64,000 bases of DNA from positions 2,784,001 through 2,848,000 of the forward strand of contig OY762492.1 in the NCBI GenBank assembly GCA_963665845.2, in the 5' to 3' direction. The DNA is from Candidatus Poribacteria bacterium. Lineage in GTDB: Bacteria > Poribacteria > WGA-4E > GCA-2687025. The notes under the pieces were generated by a model. It had not been told where the DNA came from. It saw only the letters and a list, made by a program, of their open reading frames with translations, and did not search any database. The translations under genes were made by a program, and so were the position numbers. Shown in pieces: positions 1 to 9,221 of the stretch; positions within the stretch are counted from its first letter, which is position 1; each line of letters starts with the position of its first letter.

Positions 1-1674
1 GATGTCCGCGCCTATCTGGAATCGGGCGGCGGGCTTGTGACGGCAGGTCTCGCATGGGGCTGGCTTCAGCTGAACCCCGGCAAGACGGTTCATGAACACC
101 CTGGAAACAGGCTGCTCGGCAGATACGGGCTGCATTGGGGAGACGGGTATGTGCGCCAGGCGGCAATTCAACCGGGCATGGAGCGGCTGCATGCGCTTCG
201 CGCGTTGGAGGTTTTGAATGCGGACGGCGCTTCTCCCGACCAGATACGGCAGGCGTCATGGCTGATCGCGCGGGCGATGCGCACCGTCTCTCCCGATGAC
301 GCCGCCTTCAATTCAAAAGTGGACAAGCTGATCGGAGAGGCGCCGACATTGCCGAAGCCGGACGCGCCGCTGAAACCGAACCAGCCGCGCGATATATTGT
401 CCCTGACGCGCGACATGATTCATCTGGAACAGACGCCGCCGCAGCAAGTCAAGCCTCATCCCGCCGCCGAATTTTTCCCAGGCGCCGTCCCCGACGACGC
501 GCCGACCGCTCCCCCGACGGCGATCTCGGTACGCCTAAGTCGGCATGGGTGGCGCAGTACAGGTCTTTACGCGCCGCCGGGCGCGCTCATTGAAATTGAA
601 ACGCCGCAGGAGGCGGTCGACATCGGGCTAAAAGTCCGCATCGGCGCGCATACCGACAAGCTGTGGAACAAGCCTGAATGGAGGCGCGCCCCGCAGATTG
701 CAACCGCTGAAGCGATCCAATCGGAGACGACCTATACGGCAAACGCTTTCGGCGGTCTCATCTATATTGACGTCCCGCGCGAACAGCCTGAAAAGACGGT
801 TGAGGTTGTCGTCAAAAACGCCGTCCATGCGCCGTATTATGTCCTTGGCGAAACCAATCTAGACGAATGGCGCGATACGATTCGGCATTCTCCTGGGCCG
901 TGGGCGGAGCTGGAGGCGGAGCATCTCATTTTGACGGTACCCTCCTCGGCGGTGAGAGAGCTAGAGAACCCTGACGAGACGATGCGGTTCTGGAGCCGCG
1001 TCATGGACGCATGCGTCGATCTGGCGTCCGAGCCTGCGCCGAGGAAACGCCCTGAACGGATCGTTCCCGACACGCAGATTTCGGCGGGATACATGCACGC
1101 GGGCTATCCGATCATGACGCATCTGGATGTGGCGGAGCGGTCGCTGGACCCTGCGCAGCTGATGAAAGGCAGCTGGGGGCATTACCATGAGCTTGGGCAT
1201 AACTTCCAAGCGCGCAACTGGACATTCAACGGGACGGTGGAGGTAACCTGCAACCTGTTCACGCTGTATGTGTATGAAAAGGTGTGCGGCATACCGCTGC
1301 ATGAGGCGCGCGACGTTCTGACTGAAGAGGCGATCATTGAGGCGGCGCGGCGGCATGCCGAAGAGGGCGCGCCGTTCGATGTATGGAAATCGAACCCGTT
1401 TCTCGCGCTGGCGATGTATGCGCAGATGATCGATGAATTCGGCTGGGGCGCCTTTAAAGAGGTGTTTGCGGGATACGACGCGCCCATCCGCGGCGACGAG
1501 GAACGGCGCGACGAATGGATGACCCGGTTTTCTAAAAATGTCGGGCGGAACCTCGGACCGTTCTTTGAGGCGTGGGGCGTCCCGACCTCGGAGGCGGCGC
1601 GCGAGTCGCTTCAGGATATGCCTGTTTGGCTGCCGGCGCCGTTCCAAGAAAACGCGGCAGGAGGGAACGACTGA
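1..1674 (+). CDS. M60-family (enhancin-like) zinc metallopeptidase, 5'-truncated by window edge
   Basis: Frame is open from base 1. STGLYAPPG N-domain motif, ISAGYMHAGYPI, and HELGHN..EVTCN gluzincin motif typical of peptidase M60. Confidence 0.9.
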   Translation, partial: DVRAYLESGGGLVTAGLAWGWLQLNPGKTVHEHPGNRLLGRYGLHWGDGYVRQAAIQPGMERLHALRALEVLNADGASPDQIRQASWLIARAMRTVSPDDAAFNSKVDKLIGEAPTLPKPDAPLKPNQPRDILSLTRDMIHLEQTPPQQVKPHPAAEFFPGAVPDDAPTAPPTAISVRLSRHGWRSTGLYAPPGALIEIETPQEAVDIGLKVRIGAHTDKLWNKPEWRRAPQIATAEAIQSETTYTANAFGGLIYIDVPREQPEKTVEVVVKNAVHAPYYVLGETNLDEWRDTIRHSPGPWAELEAEHLILTVPSSAVRELENPDETMRFWSRVMDACVDLASEPAPRKRPERIVPDTQISAGYMHAGYPIMTHLDVAERSLDPAQLMKGSWGHYHELGHNFQARNWTFNGTVEVTCNLFTLYVYEKVCGIPLHEARDVLTEEAIIEAARRHAEEGAPFDVWKSNPFLALAMYAQMIDEFGWGAFKEVFAGYDAPIRGDEERRDEWMTRFSKNVGRNLGPFFEAWGVPTSEAARESLQDMPVWLPAPFQENAAGGND

Positions 1675-2180
1675 TGCGCATGAAGACGCTGGCGCTGCTG
1701 TCGGCGCTTCTGTTCGGGTGGATGGCGGGCTGCGGCGAAGACGACGCGCCTGACCCGACAAACAATTTGCCCATCGCCCCCGATTTCACGCTTCAATCGG
1801 CGGAGGGCGAGGCGGTTTCTCTCTCTGACTATGCTGGGCATGTTGTGTTCATCAACTTCTGGGCGTCCTGGTGTCCGCCATGCCGTATCGAAATGCCGCA
1901 TCTGCAGGAGCTGTATGAGGCGTACGTCGATCAGAACTTTGTGATACTGGCGGTGTCGCTGGACGATCCGTTTGAGCCGGACGCGACCGATTTCGCGGCG
2001 GAGCTGGGGTTGACGTTTCCCATTTTAAAAGGGACGGCTGAAGTGAACCAAGCATACGGCGGCATTACGGCGATACCGACCACCTTTGTCATCAACCGCC
2101 AAGGGCGGATCGCCGAGACGCTGATTGGAGAGCAGCCGTATGAGGTTTTTGAAGCGGCGCTGCTTCGGCATATAGAATGA
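1674..2180 (+). CDS. TlpA/ResA-family thiol-disulfide oxidoreductase, lipoprotein
   Basis: ATG overlaps upstream TGA; lipobox MAGC; APDFTL, INFWASWCPPC, cis-Pro IPTTF. Confidence 0.9.
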   Translation: MRMKTLALLSALLFGWMAGCGEDDAPDPTNNLPIAPDFTLQSAEGEAVSLSDYAGHVVFINFWASWCPPCRIEMPHLQELYEAYVDQNFVILAVSLDDPFEPDATDFAAELGLTFPILKGTAEVNQAYGGITAIPTTFVINRQGRIAETLIGEQPYEVFEAALLRHIE

Positions 2181-2752
2181 AAGGGAAACCGATGCGGCTT
2201 TTCATCATCGGCGCGTTTGCCGCGCTGATTGTCTCGGCGGGCGGGTGCAGTTCGCCAATGCCCATCAACGAGCGCTTTATTCAACAGAACCCGAAGCGCC
2301 GTCCGGCGGAGAAGATGATCCAACGACTGGAGGCGGACGAATACTTTCCCGCTCCAGATTTCACGCTTGAATCGGCGGAGGGGAAGCGGGTCTGGCTTTC
2401 CGACTACGACGGGTATGTTGTGTTCGTCAACTTTTGGGCGGCATGGTGTCCGCCATGCCGCATCGATATGCGGAATCTTCAGACCTTGTATGAAAAATAC
2501 GCCGACCAAAAATTCGTTGTCCTAGCAATTTCGATGGACAAACCGTTCAGCCCTGCCGCCCCCGCCTTCGCCAAACAGCTCGGCATCACTTTTCCGATCT
2601 TGGAATCGACGAGGAGAGTGAACGAAGTGTATGGGGAATTCAACGCTGTGCCTGTTACCTTTGTCATCAACCGAGATGGGCTGGTCGTGGAGATCCTCTC
2701 CGGAACGCATCCATTAGGCGTCTTAAGAACTGCGGTTCTGCGGCTATTATGA
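2177..2752 (+). CDS. Second TlpA-family oxidoreductase, lipoprotein (chimeric N-terminus)
   Basis: Lipobox AGGC; VNFWAAWCPPC; VPVTF. Start may be 2192. Confidence 0.88.
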   Translation: MKGKPMRLFIIGAFAALIVSAGGCSSPMPINERFIQQNPKRRPAEKMIQRLEADEYFPAPDFTLESAEGKRVWLSDYDGYVVFVNFWAAWCPPCRIDMRNLQTLYEKYADQKFVVLAISMDKPFSPAAPAFAKQLGITFPILESTRRVNEVYGEFNAVPVTFVINRDGLVVEILSGTHPLGVLRTAVLRLL

Positions 2753-2771
2753 AGAAAAGAAAGGAAAACTG

Positions 2772-3029
2772 ATGCGGCTTCTCATCATCGGCGCGTTTGC
2801 CGCGCTGACATTCTCGACTATCGGGTGCGGCTCATGGACGCTGCTGGACGACAGCCTCACCTTGGAGATGCGCCCTGACGACGCCTCCATTCGCCGAAGC
2901 CTGAAACGGGACGCCGCGGGGCAGATGATACGGCGTCTAGAGGCGGTCGAATCGCAAACGGACGAGTCGCTCAACCCGAACAACCGAGCCGGCGCCAATT
3001 GCGTCGGGGGCGTATGCGTCATCTTTTAG
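2772..3029 (+). CDS. Small lipoprotein with C-terminal CVGGVC motif
   Basis: RBS aaggaa; signal peptide with lipobox TIGC; ends ANCVGGVCVIF; overlaps the next gene. Confidence 0.75.
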   Translation: MRLLIIGAFAALTFSTIGCGSWTLLDDSLTLEMRPDDASIRRSLKRDAAGQMIRRLEAVESQTDESLNPNNRAGANCVGGVCVIF

Positions 3030-4096
3030 CGGCGGCGGTTCTGACGCTCCTTGCGCCGGCGTCGGGCGCGCAGTTCGCCGCCTCGCTCCAAACGCTGCTC
3101 GAATGGAACGACCATATCGAGTTTGGAATCAGCGTCGACCCTGAAACCGTCACAGAATCCAGCTCAACGGGGCAGCTGATTGGTTTACGCGCTTCGTTGT
3201 CCGCGCCGATAGAGTATCGACGGGGAGGCGGGCGGTTTCAATGGCGCGCCGCCTTTGCGCCCTCGCTGGACGACTACGCGGGCGAAGACGGCTTTTTAGA
3301 TCAGTTTGACGCGCGCCTTTTTCCGCTGGACGCTTCGGTTGAATTTCGCCCGCGCGATTCTTTGCCGGCGCTGCGATGGCGCGCCTCGGCGCAGCGGCAG
3401 GAGCGCTCCAACGAACTCTACGACAACTGGAACGCCTCCACCGAATTGGGAATCGGAAACCTGCTCTCGTATCAGTATCGGCGGCGGCTTTACGACGACT
3501 CGGTTGAACGGGAGGATTACCTGCTCATCAGCTCCGTTCAGCATCAGCTCCAGACAGGGTTTCAGATCATCACCCGAAGAGAAGCGCGCCTCAAAGCGAC
3601 GTACGCCTTTCAACGCGAGCAATACGGAACGAACCTGCATCCGCTGCTGCGCGGCGTCGCCCTAGGCGTCAAGGAAGGGTTTCGGCGGGTCGACAGGCGG
3701 CATCAGAGCAGCCTTGAAGCGGCGGCGCTGCTTGGGCGCAGCTGGCTGCTTCGGCTGAACGCCTCGGCGATGCGCGCCGACTCGAACGCCGCTTTTTACC
3801 GCTTCACAAACGGAAGCGCCGGCGCGACGCTGTTTTGGGGAACCTCCTCAAGCCGATGGGCGCGGGCGCAAGCGGTTCACGGATGGACATGGTTTGCCGA
3901 GCGCGGCGCTCAAGAACGGCGGATTGACACGGCATGGCAGCTGAATTTGGACGGCGAATGGCCGCTTTACCGCTTCTTGTCGGCAAACGGCGCCGTCCAA
4001 CTGCGCATCAACCGCACCAACGACGGGCGCGAGGCGCTGCGCTTCCTGAACCACACGCAGCAGATCTACAGGCTCGCGCTCACAGCGAGGCGGTGA
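3014..4096 (+). CDS. Putative outer-membrane beta-barrel protein
   Basis: Signal peptide MRHLLAAAVLTLLAPASGA; many amphipathic alternating strands rich in Y/W/R; last strand IYRLALTA. Confidence 0.6.
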   Translation: MRHLLAAAVLTLLAPASGAQFAASLQTLLEWNDHIEFGISVDPETVTESSSTGQLIGLRASLSAPIEYRRGGGRFQWRAAFAPSLDDYAGEDGFLDQFDARLFPLDASVEFRPRDSLPALRWRASAQRQERSNELYDNWNASTELGIGNLLSYQYRRRLYDDSVEREDYLLISSVQHQLQTGFQIITRREARLKATYAFQREQYGTNLHPLLRGVALGVKEGFRRVDRRHQSSLEAAALLGRSWLLRLNASAMRADSNAAFYRFTNGSAGATLFWGTSSSRWARAQAVHGWTWFAERGAQERRIDTAWQLNLDGEWPLYRFLSANGAVQLRINRTNDGREALRFLNHTQQIYRLALTARR

Positions 4097-4109
4097 GTTC
4101 AGACGGCTT

Positions 4110-4331
4110 GCCCCTTAGGTATGCGCATGCTTTTTAGGCATGCGCATACTGCGCATACTAAGGGGCTGCGCGGCTCGTCTATCCGTCATGTCATAGCTTG
4201 CGGGAGTAATAGAGAGCCGCGCAAGCAGGGCAAAAAGGACCGGACGCTCTATGAACAGATGCCGTATTCTGTTGCAGAATACGAGTAGGGAGATCCTGTC
4301 CATCTTGCCCATGTTCTCCTGAAAGAAGAAC
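4110..4331 (-). ncRNA. Candidate structured RNA made of four consecutive hairpins
   Basis: Stems 4313-4331, 4228-4310 (inner perfect cgtattctg/cagaatacg), 4168-4222 (gcgcggctc/gagccgcgc) and 4110-4166, lying directly downstream of a minus-strand promoter. Confidence 0.35.
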
Positions 4332-4337
4332 GACATA

Positions 4338-4366
4338 AGCCTAACACAGACGGATGGAGCTGTCAA
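4338..4366 (-). promoter_or_regulatory. Sigma70-type promoter
   Basis: TTGACA (4366-4361), 17 nt spacer, TAGGCT (4343-4338) on the minus strand. Confidence 0.5.
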
Positions 4367-4378
4367 CTTTAGATTTCT

Positions 4379-4750
4379 CTGACCTCACGCTGAAAGTTGG
4401 GAGATTTGAACTGACGACCGCTCTATTCATGGGAAAAAGCGCCGCCAACCAAACCGTCCCCCGCTTCCGCGAGGACATGCATTCCCGCGTAAGCGGGAAT
4501 CCAGAGGCGTTCCAGAATCGTCAGCGTTCGCCAGGCGGAATGTCCTAACTTAAGACGTGAGGTCAGCAGACCTCCGACCTCATGCTGAAAGTCGGGCATC
4601 ATGTCGAAAGACTGCGATGAACTGCGGAAAATCTGCCGCATAACTCGCCGTCATTCCCGCGCAAGCGGGAATCTAGAGGCGCCGCAGAAACCGTCCGCCT
4701 TTGCGATAAGACGTCATGCCGACATGTCCCAACTAAAGCCGCAAGGTCAG
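4379..4750. mobile_element. Two adjacent MITE-like elements (family D; 4379-4566 and 4574-4750), each carrying a family A palindrome
   Basis: ~26 bp imperfect terminal inverted repeats CTGACCTCACG....AAGTTRGGACA; related copies at 19982-20149 and 38069-38363. Confidence 0.65.
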
Positions 4751-4760
4751 ATACCGCTCA

Positions 4761-4790
4761 TTGACATCAACCAGCGCCAGCATATATAAT
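4761..4790 (+). promoter_or_regulatory. Sigma70 consensus promoter
   Basis: TTGACA 4761-4766, 18 nt spacer, TATAAT 4785-4790, upstream of ATG 4822. Confidence 0.65.
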
Positions 4791-4821
4791 GTATGCAGTA
4801 AAGAAAAGAAAGGACGCGCGC

Positions 4822-5625
4822 ATGCTTGATCTTAGGACGTCAGAAGACGGTCGGCTGTCGATTCATTTCGGCAATTTTGCCGAGAGCGTCCGGAAGATTG
4901 GCGAGGCGGCGGATTCGCTTGCCGTTCATTTGGACTCTTCCGTCGACACGAAGGAGGAGCTGCGCGCGGCGATGTTAAGCGTAAGTGAAACGTTTCGCGC
5001 AGCCATGGAAAACATTGCCGATATTCGTATGTGCTGCCGATTGCTTAAAAAGGCGCATGAACATTACAGCGAAGCGATTCGTTTGACAGCGAAGGCTGAC
5101 CTGGGGGAGGCTGCGCATGCCGCGCCGGCGAATCTCTACCATTGCCGCGGCATTGTCGCTTTGATCCTGTACTGGTTGAAGGGGGATATTACGGACGCTC
5201 TTAACTCCGCAACTTCGGATTTCGCCAAATCGGTTGAATTGAATCCCGCGGCTGAAACATACACGCGCTTGGCGGAGGCGCATGTCGAAGCGGGCGACCT
5301 GGACGACGCTATGGAGAACGTTGAGAAAGCGATCCGCCTTGACATCGATTACGCCGAGGCGTACCTCTTGAAAGGACTCATCCACCGAGCAAGAGGCGAA
5401 GAGGACGACGCGCACGAAGAGATCTTTGAGGCGATTTCTCTCAACCCCGATCTTTACAGAGAAGAGTTTGAACCGATCATGGAAGCAGAGAGAGAATCGG
5501 AAGCGGTCTGGGACGAGTTGTTCAGCCGGCCCGAATCGCAGGAGCTTCTGAAAAAATGGGGCGAAGAAGCGTTGGAGGCGCATGACGCCGGCAAAACGAA
5601 GCCGATCGTCTTCAAGGACTCGTAA
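4822..5625 (+). CDS. TPR-repeat protein with C-terminal antitoxin-like helical tail
   Basis: TPR motifs (FAKSVELNP, EKAIRLDIDYAEAY, AISLNP); tail WDELFSRPESQELLKKWGEEALEAHDAGKTKPI. ATG 4789 overlaps the -10 box, so 4822 is preferred. Confidence 0.75.
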   Translation: MLDLRTSEDGRLSIHFGNFAESVRKIGEAADSLAVHLDSSVDTKEELRAAMLSVSETFRAAMENIADIRMCCRLLKKAHEHYSEAIRLTAKADLGEAAHAAPANLYHCRGIVALILYWLKGDITDALNSATSDFAKSVELNPAAETYTRLAEAHVEAGDLDDAMENVEKAIRLDIDYAEAYLLKGLIHRARGEEDDAHEEIFEAISLNPDLYREEFEPIMEAERESEAVWDELFSRPESQELLKKWGEEALEAHDAGKTKPIVFKDS

Positions 5626-5732
5626 ATACGACAAGCAAATCCTCAAGTATAAGCGGTCAAGATAACGCTTCCGCTTTGCGCGGCAGCCCGCTGATTCAGA
5701 TCGTCCGCCGGAATGTCCCAACCAAAGAAAAG

Positions 5733-5766
5733 ACGCTTGGTCAGAATCAAAATCCTGACCAAGCGT
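5733..5766. repeat. Perfect 12-bp inverted repeat upstream of pheT
   Basis: acgcttggtcag-N10-ctgaccaagcgt; the left arm overlaps a degenerate family D end. Confidence 0.6.
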
Positions 5767-5820
5767 ACAATCCTGCGCTATTATTCAAAATGAACGCGCC
5801 CCGCGAGCGAAAGGATATGT

Positions 5821-8232
5821 ATGCGTTTCAGCGTCGATTGGCTCCGAGAGTATGTGCAAACGGAACGCCCGCCGGAAGAGTTAGCCGCCCAGCTCACCAT
5901 GCTGGGGGTTGAAGTGGAGCGCGTTTTTCCGTTTAGCGCGCCCATGCCGACCCTCGCCGCCGGGCGCATCGAATCGATGTCGCCGCATCCGAACGCGAAA
6001 AACCTGTCGCTGTGCCTCGTCAACGCGGGCGCGGAGCCGGCGCAGGTCGTCTGCGGCGCGCCCAACGCGCGCCCAGGCATCACGGCGCCGTTCGCGCCCG
6101 TCGGCTCAACGCTCCCGAACGGCGGCGCCATCCGCGCGGCGGACATACGCGGCGAAACCTCCCACGGCATGCTCTGCTCCGAAAAAGAGCTGGGCATTTC
6201 CGACGACGCCGATGGACTCATGGAACTCCAAAACGCCCCGCCGGGAACGCTCCTGTCCGAGCCTCTCGGAATGAACGACATCATCATGGATGTCAGCGTC
6301 ACCCCGAACCGCCCCGACTGTTTGAGCGTCACCGGCATCGCGCGGGAAATCGCCGCAAGCGATCGGCTCTCGCTCATAACGCCGACTGGGCGGCTGACCG
6401 AAACGGATCCGCCCGTTGAGCAACGCGCCGCGGTGGAGATCCATGACCCTGACCTTTGTCCGCGGTATGCCGCGCGGGCGGTACTGAATGTGCGCGTCGG
6501 CCCCTCGCCCATGTGGATGCAGCGGCGCCTTCGCAGCGCCGGCATGCGCCCCATCAACAACATCGTTGATGCCACCAACTTCGTTCTCATGGAGACGGGG
6601 CATCCGCTTCATGCCTTCGATCTGGCTTTGCTGTCGGAAAACCGCATCGTTGTGCGGCGCGCGCGTCAGGATGAAACGCTCCTCACCCTAGACGGCAAGG
6701 AACGCGCCTTGAATGAGAACATGCTTGTCATCGCCGACGCTGAAAAAGCGGTCGCGCTGGCGGGAGTCATGGGCGGCGCCGACTCTGAAGTGAGCGGAAA
6801 CACAACCGACATCCTTCTTGAAAGCGCCTATTTCGACCCTGTCAACGTGCGGCGAACCTCCAAGGCGCTCGGCTTGCAAACGGAGGCGTCCTACCGCTTT
6901 GAACGCGGCGCGGACCCTGAAGCGGCTCCGCGCGCTCTCGACCGAACGGCGCAGCTGATCGCCGAAATCGCCGGCGGAACCGTCTGCAAAGGAATCATTG
7001 ATTGCCATCCGAAGCCGGCGCAGCCTGTACGCATACGTTTACGGCAGAAACGGGCAAACGCGCTCCTGGGAGCCGATATATCAACCGAGGAGATGCGCGG
7101 CATCTTGACGCGGCTGGGGTTTCAGGTGTCCGGCGAAGAGCCGCTCGAAGCGGTCGCGCCGACCTTCCGCCCCGACATCGAACGCGAGGTTGACCTCATC
7201 GAAGAGGCGGCGCGCGTGTACGGATACGACAAGATACCCGCCACGCTGCCGCTCGAAACCGCCTCGCCGAAGCGGAACGAGGAACTTGCCCTGCATCTGC
7301 GCGTCGGCGGCATCATGCGCAGGCACGGACTCAACGAAGCGGTCAACATGGCATGGCTTCCGAAAGACGCGCTGGACGCGATACGCCTGTCCGATGACGA
7401 CCCGCGCCGCCGGCAGATCGCCTTGAAAAACCCGATGACGACCGACATGGCGGTCCTGCGCTCAACGCTGCTGCCGAGCCTCTTGGAGAACATCGCGCGA
7501 AACAGCAGGCGGCAGGTGAACCGAGCCAGGCTCTACGAACTGCAGCGCGTCTTCACGATCGACAAACGTAACGGCGAAGAAGAACCGCGCGAACGATGGG
7601 CGCTCGGCGGCGCCCTCTGGGGAGACGACCCGAATCGATGGACGGAGCCGACGCGCCCGCTCGATTTTTACGACGCGAAAGGCGTTGTGGAAACGCTTAT
7701 GGATGAACTCGGCATCGACAACTGGCGGCTAGAGCGGGGCGTTCACCCAGGTTTCCATCCGGGCAGGTCCGCCCAGCTTTTCATCGACGAAACCGCTGTC
7801 GGCGATCTGGGCGAGGCGCATCCCGACGTCATGGACGCATACGATTTGCCGGGGCGCGCCTATCTGTTTGAGATCGATATGGAAGCGGCTGCCGCCTTCG
7901 CCCAACTGGAGCGGCTGATGGAGCCGCTTCCGCAGTTCCCTGGCGCGGCGCGCGATCTCGCTGTCGTGGTGGATGAAGGGATTCCCGCCGAAGCCGTTCT
8001 CCGCGCCATCCATGATCTACCGCAAGAAAGCGCGGACGGAATCGCCCATTCCGCCCGTCTATTTGATCTGTACACCGGCGAAGGGGTCGGCGAGGGCAAA
8101 AAAAGTCTCGCGTTTGCGCTCTTTTTCCAAAAAAGCGGCGGCACCTTGACCGACCAAGAGATCGAAGAGGCGATGGAACGCATCCTGCAGACGCTGAAGC
8201 GGGAGCTGAACGCCGAACGGCGCGCCTCATGA
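5821..8232 (+). CDS. pheT: Phenylalanine--tRNA ligase beta subunit
   Basis: MRFSVDWLREYV, HPNA..L..C, VCGAPNA, TPNRPDCLS, RPINNIVDATN, ASYRFERG, C-terminal FDX-ACB domain. Confidence 0.98.
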   Translation: MRFSVDWLREYVQTERPPEELAAQLTMLGVEVERVFPFSAPMPTLAAGRIESMSPHPNAKNLSLCLVNAGAEPAQVVCGAPNARPGITAPFAPVGSTLPNGGAIRAADIRGETSHGMLCSEKELGISDDADGLMELQNAPPGTLLSEPLGMNDIIMDVSVTPNRPDCLSVTGIAREIAASDRLSLITPTGRLTETDPPVEQRAAVEIHDPDLCPRYAARAVLNVRVGPSPMWMQRRLRSAGMRPINNIVDATNFVLMETGHPLHAFDLALLSENRIVVRRARQDETLLTLDGKERALNENMLVIADAEKAVALAGVMGGADSEVSGNTTDILLESAYFDPVNVRRTSKALGLQTEASYRFERGADPEAAPRALDRTAQLIAEIAGGTVCKGIIDCHPKPAQPVRIRLRQKRANALLGADISTEEMRGILTRLGFQVSGEEPLEAVAPTFRPDIEREVDLIEEAARVYGYDKIPATLPLETASPKRNEELALHLRVGGIMRRHGLNEAVNMAWLPKDALDAIRLSDDDPRRRQIALKNPMTTDMAVLRSTLLPSLLENIARNSRRQVNRARLYELQRVFTIDKRNGEEEPRERWALGGALWGDDPNRWTEPTRPLDFYDAKGVVETLMDELGIDNWRLERGVHPGFHPGRSAQLFIDETAVGDLGEAHPDVMDAYDLPGRAYLFEIDMEAAAAFAQLERLMEPLPQFPGAARDLAVVVDEGIPAEAVLRAIHDLPQESADGIAHSARLFDLYTGEGVGEGKKSLAFALFFQKSGGTLTDQEIEEAMERILQTLKRELNAERRAS

Positions 8233-9221
8233 ATGCAGACGCGATTCGCGCCTTAGGAGAAGAGATTCAGGAGGAGAGCCGCTATCTGCGCGATATGACC
8301 GCCGAAATGGAGCGCGTCATCGTCGGACAGCGCGGCATGGTGGAGGGGCTTCTGACAGGGCTGCTCGCGGACGGGCATATACTCCTGGAAGGCGTCCCAG
8401 GACTGGCAAAGACGACCGCTGTGAAGGCGCTGGCGGGCGCGGTTCAAACGCGGTTTCAACGCATTCAATTCACCCCTGACCTGCTCCCGGCGGACATCGT
8501 CGGCACCGTTATTTTTAACCAGAGCGACGGGACGTTTCGCGTCAAGAAGGGTCCGCTCTTTGCGAACATCGTTCTGGCGGATGAGATCAACCGCGCGCCC
8601 GCCAAGGCGCAGTCGGCTCTCTTGGAGGCGATGCAGGAGCGGCAGGCGACCATCGGCGAGGAGACCTTCCCGTTGCCGCGCCCGTTTCTGGCGCTGGCGA
8701 CGCAGAACCCGATCGAGTCGGAGGGGGCGTATCCGCTTCCGGAGGCGCAGCTGGACAGGTTCATGTTCAAACTGCGCGTGCCGTACCCGTCCAGAGAGGA
8801 AGAGATGCATATCTTAGAGCGCGAAACAGGCGAGGAACGGGCGGAGATACGTCCAGTCGCCTCAATGGAGCGGCTGCTGCAATCGCAGGCGACCGTAAGG
8901 CGCGTCTATATGGACGAGCGCATTCGGGAGTATATTGTCGACCTGATACGCGCGACGCGGGAGCCGTCGGCGGTCGGGCTTGAGCGGCTGGCGCCTCTCA
9001 TTGAGTACGGCGCGTCGCCGCGCGCGGCGATCTACCTCGCCCTCGCCTCCAAAGCGCGCGCCTATATGGAGGGGCGCGCCTATGTGATCCCAGAAGACGC
9101 GCAAGCGGCAGCTCCCGACACGCTGCGGCACCGCCTCATCCTGTCCTATGAAGCGGAGGCGGAGGAGGCGGAGCCTGATGAGATTTTAGAGCGGATCCTG
9201 CGCGCGGTTGAGGTACCATGA
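8229..9221 (+). CDS. moxR: MoxR-family AAA+ ATPase
   Basis: LLEGVPGLAKT, RIQFTPDLLPADI, LADEINRAPAKAQSALLEAMQE, YPLPEAQLDRF, GASPRA. Confidence 0.95.
   Translation: MNADAIRALGEEIQEESRYLRDMTAEMERVIVGQRGMVEGLLTGLLADGHILLEGVPGLAKTTAVKALAGAVQTRFQRIQFTPDLLPADIVGTVIFNQSDGTFRVKKGPLFANIVLADEINRAPAKAQSALLEAMQERQATIGEETFPLPRPFLALATQNPIESEGAYPLPEAQLDRFMFKLRVPYPSREEEMHILERETGEERAEIRPVASMERLLQSQATVRRVYMDERIREYIVDLIRATREPSAVGLERLAPLIEYGASPRAAIYLALASKARAYMEGRAYVIPEDAQAAAPDTLRHRLILSYEAEAEEAEPDEILERILRAVEVP

Noticed and set aside
5626-5820. T-box or attenuator upstream of pheT
   Set aside because: No T-box motif or Phe-rich leader; only a 12-bp inverted repeat overlapping a family D remnant.
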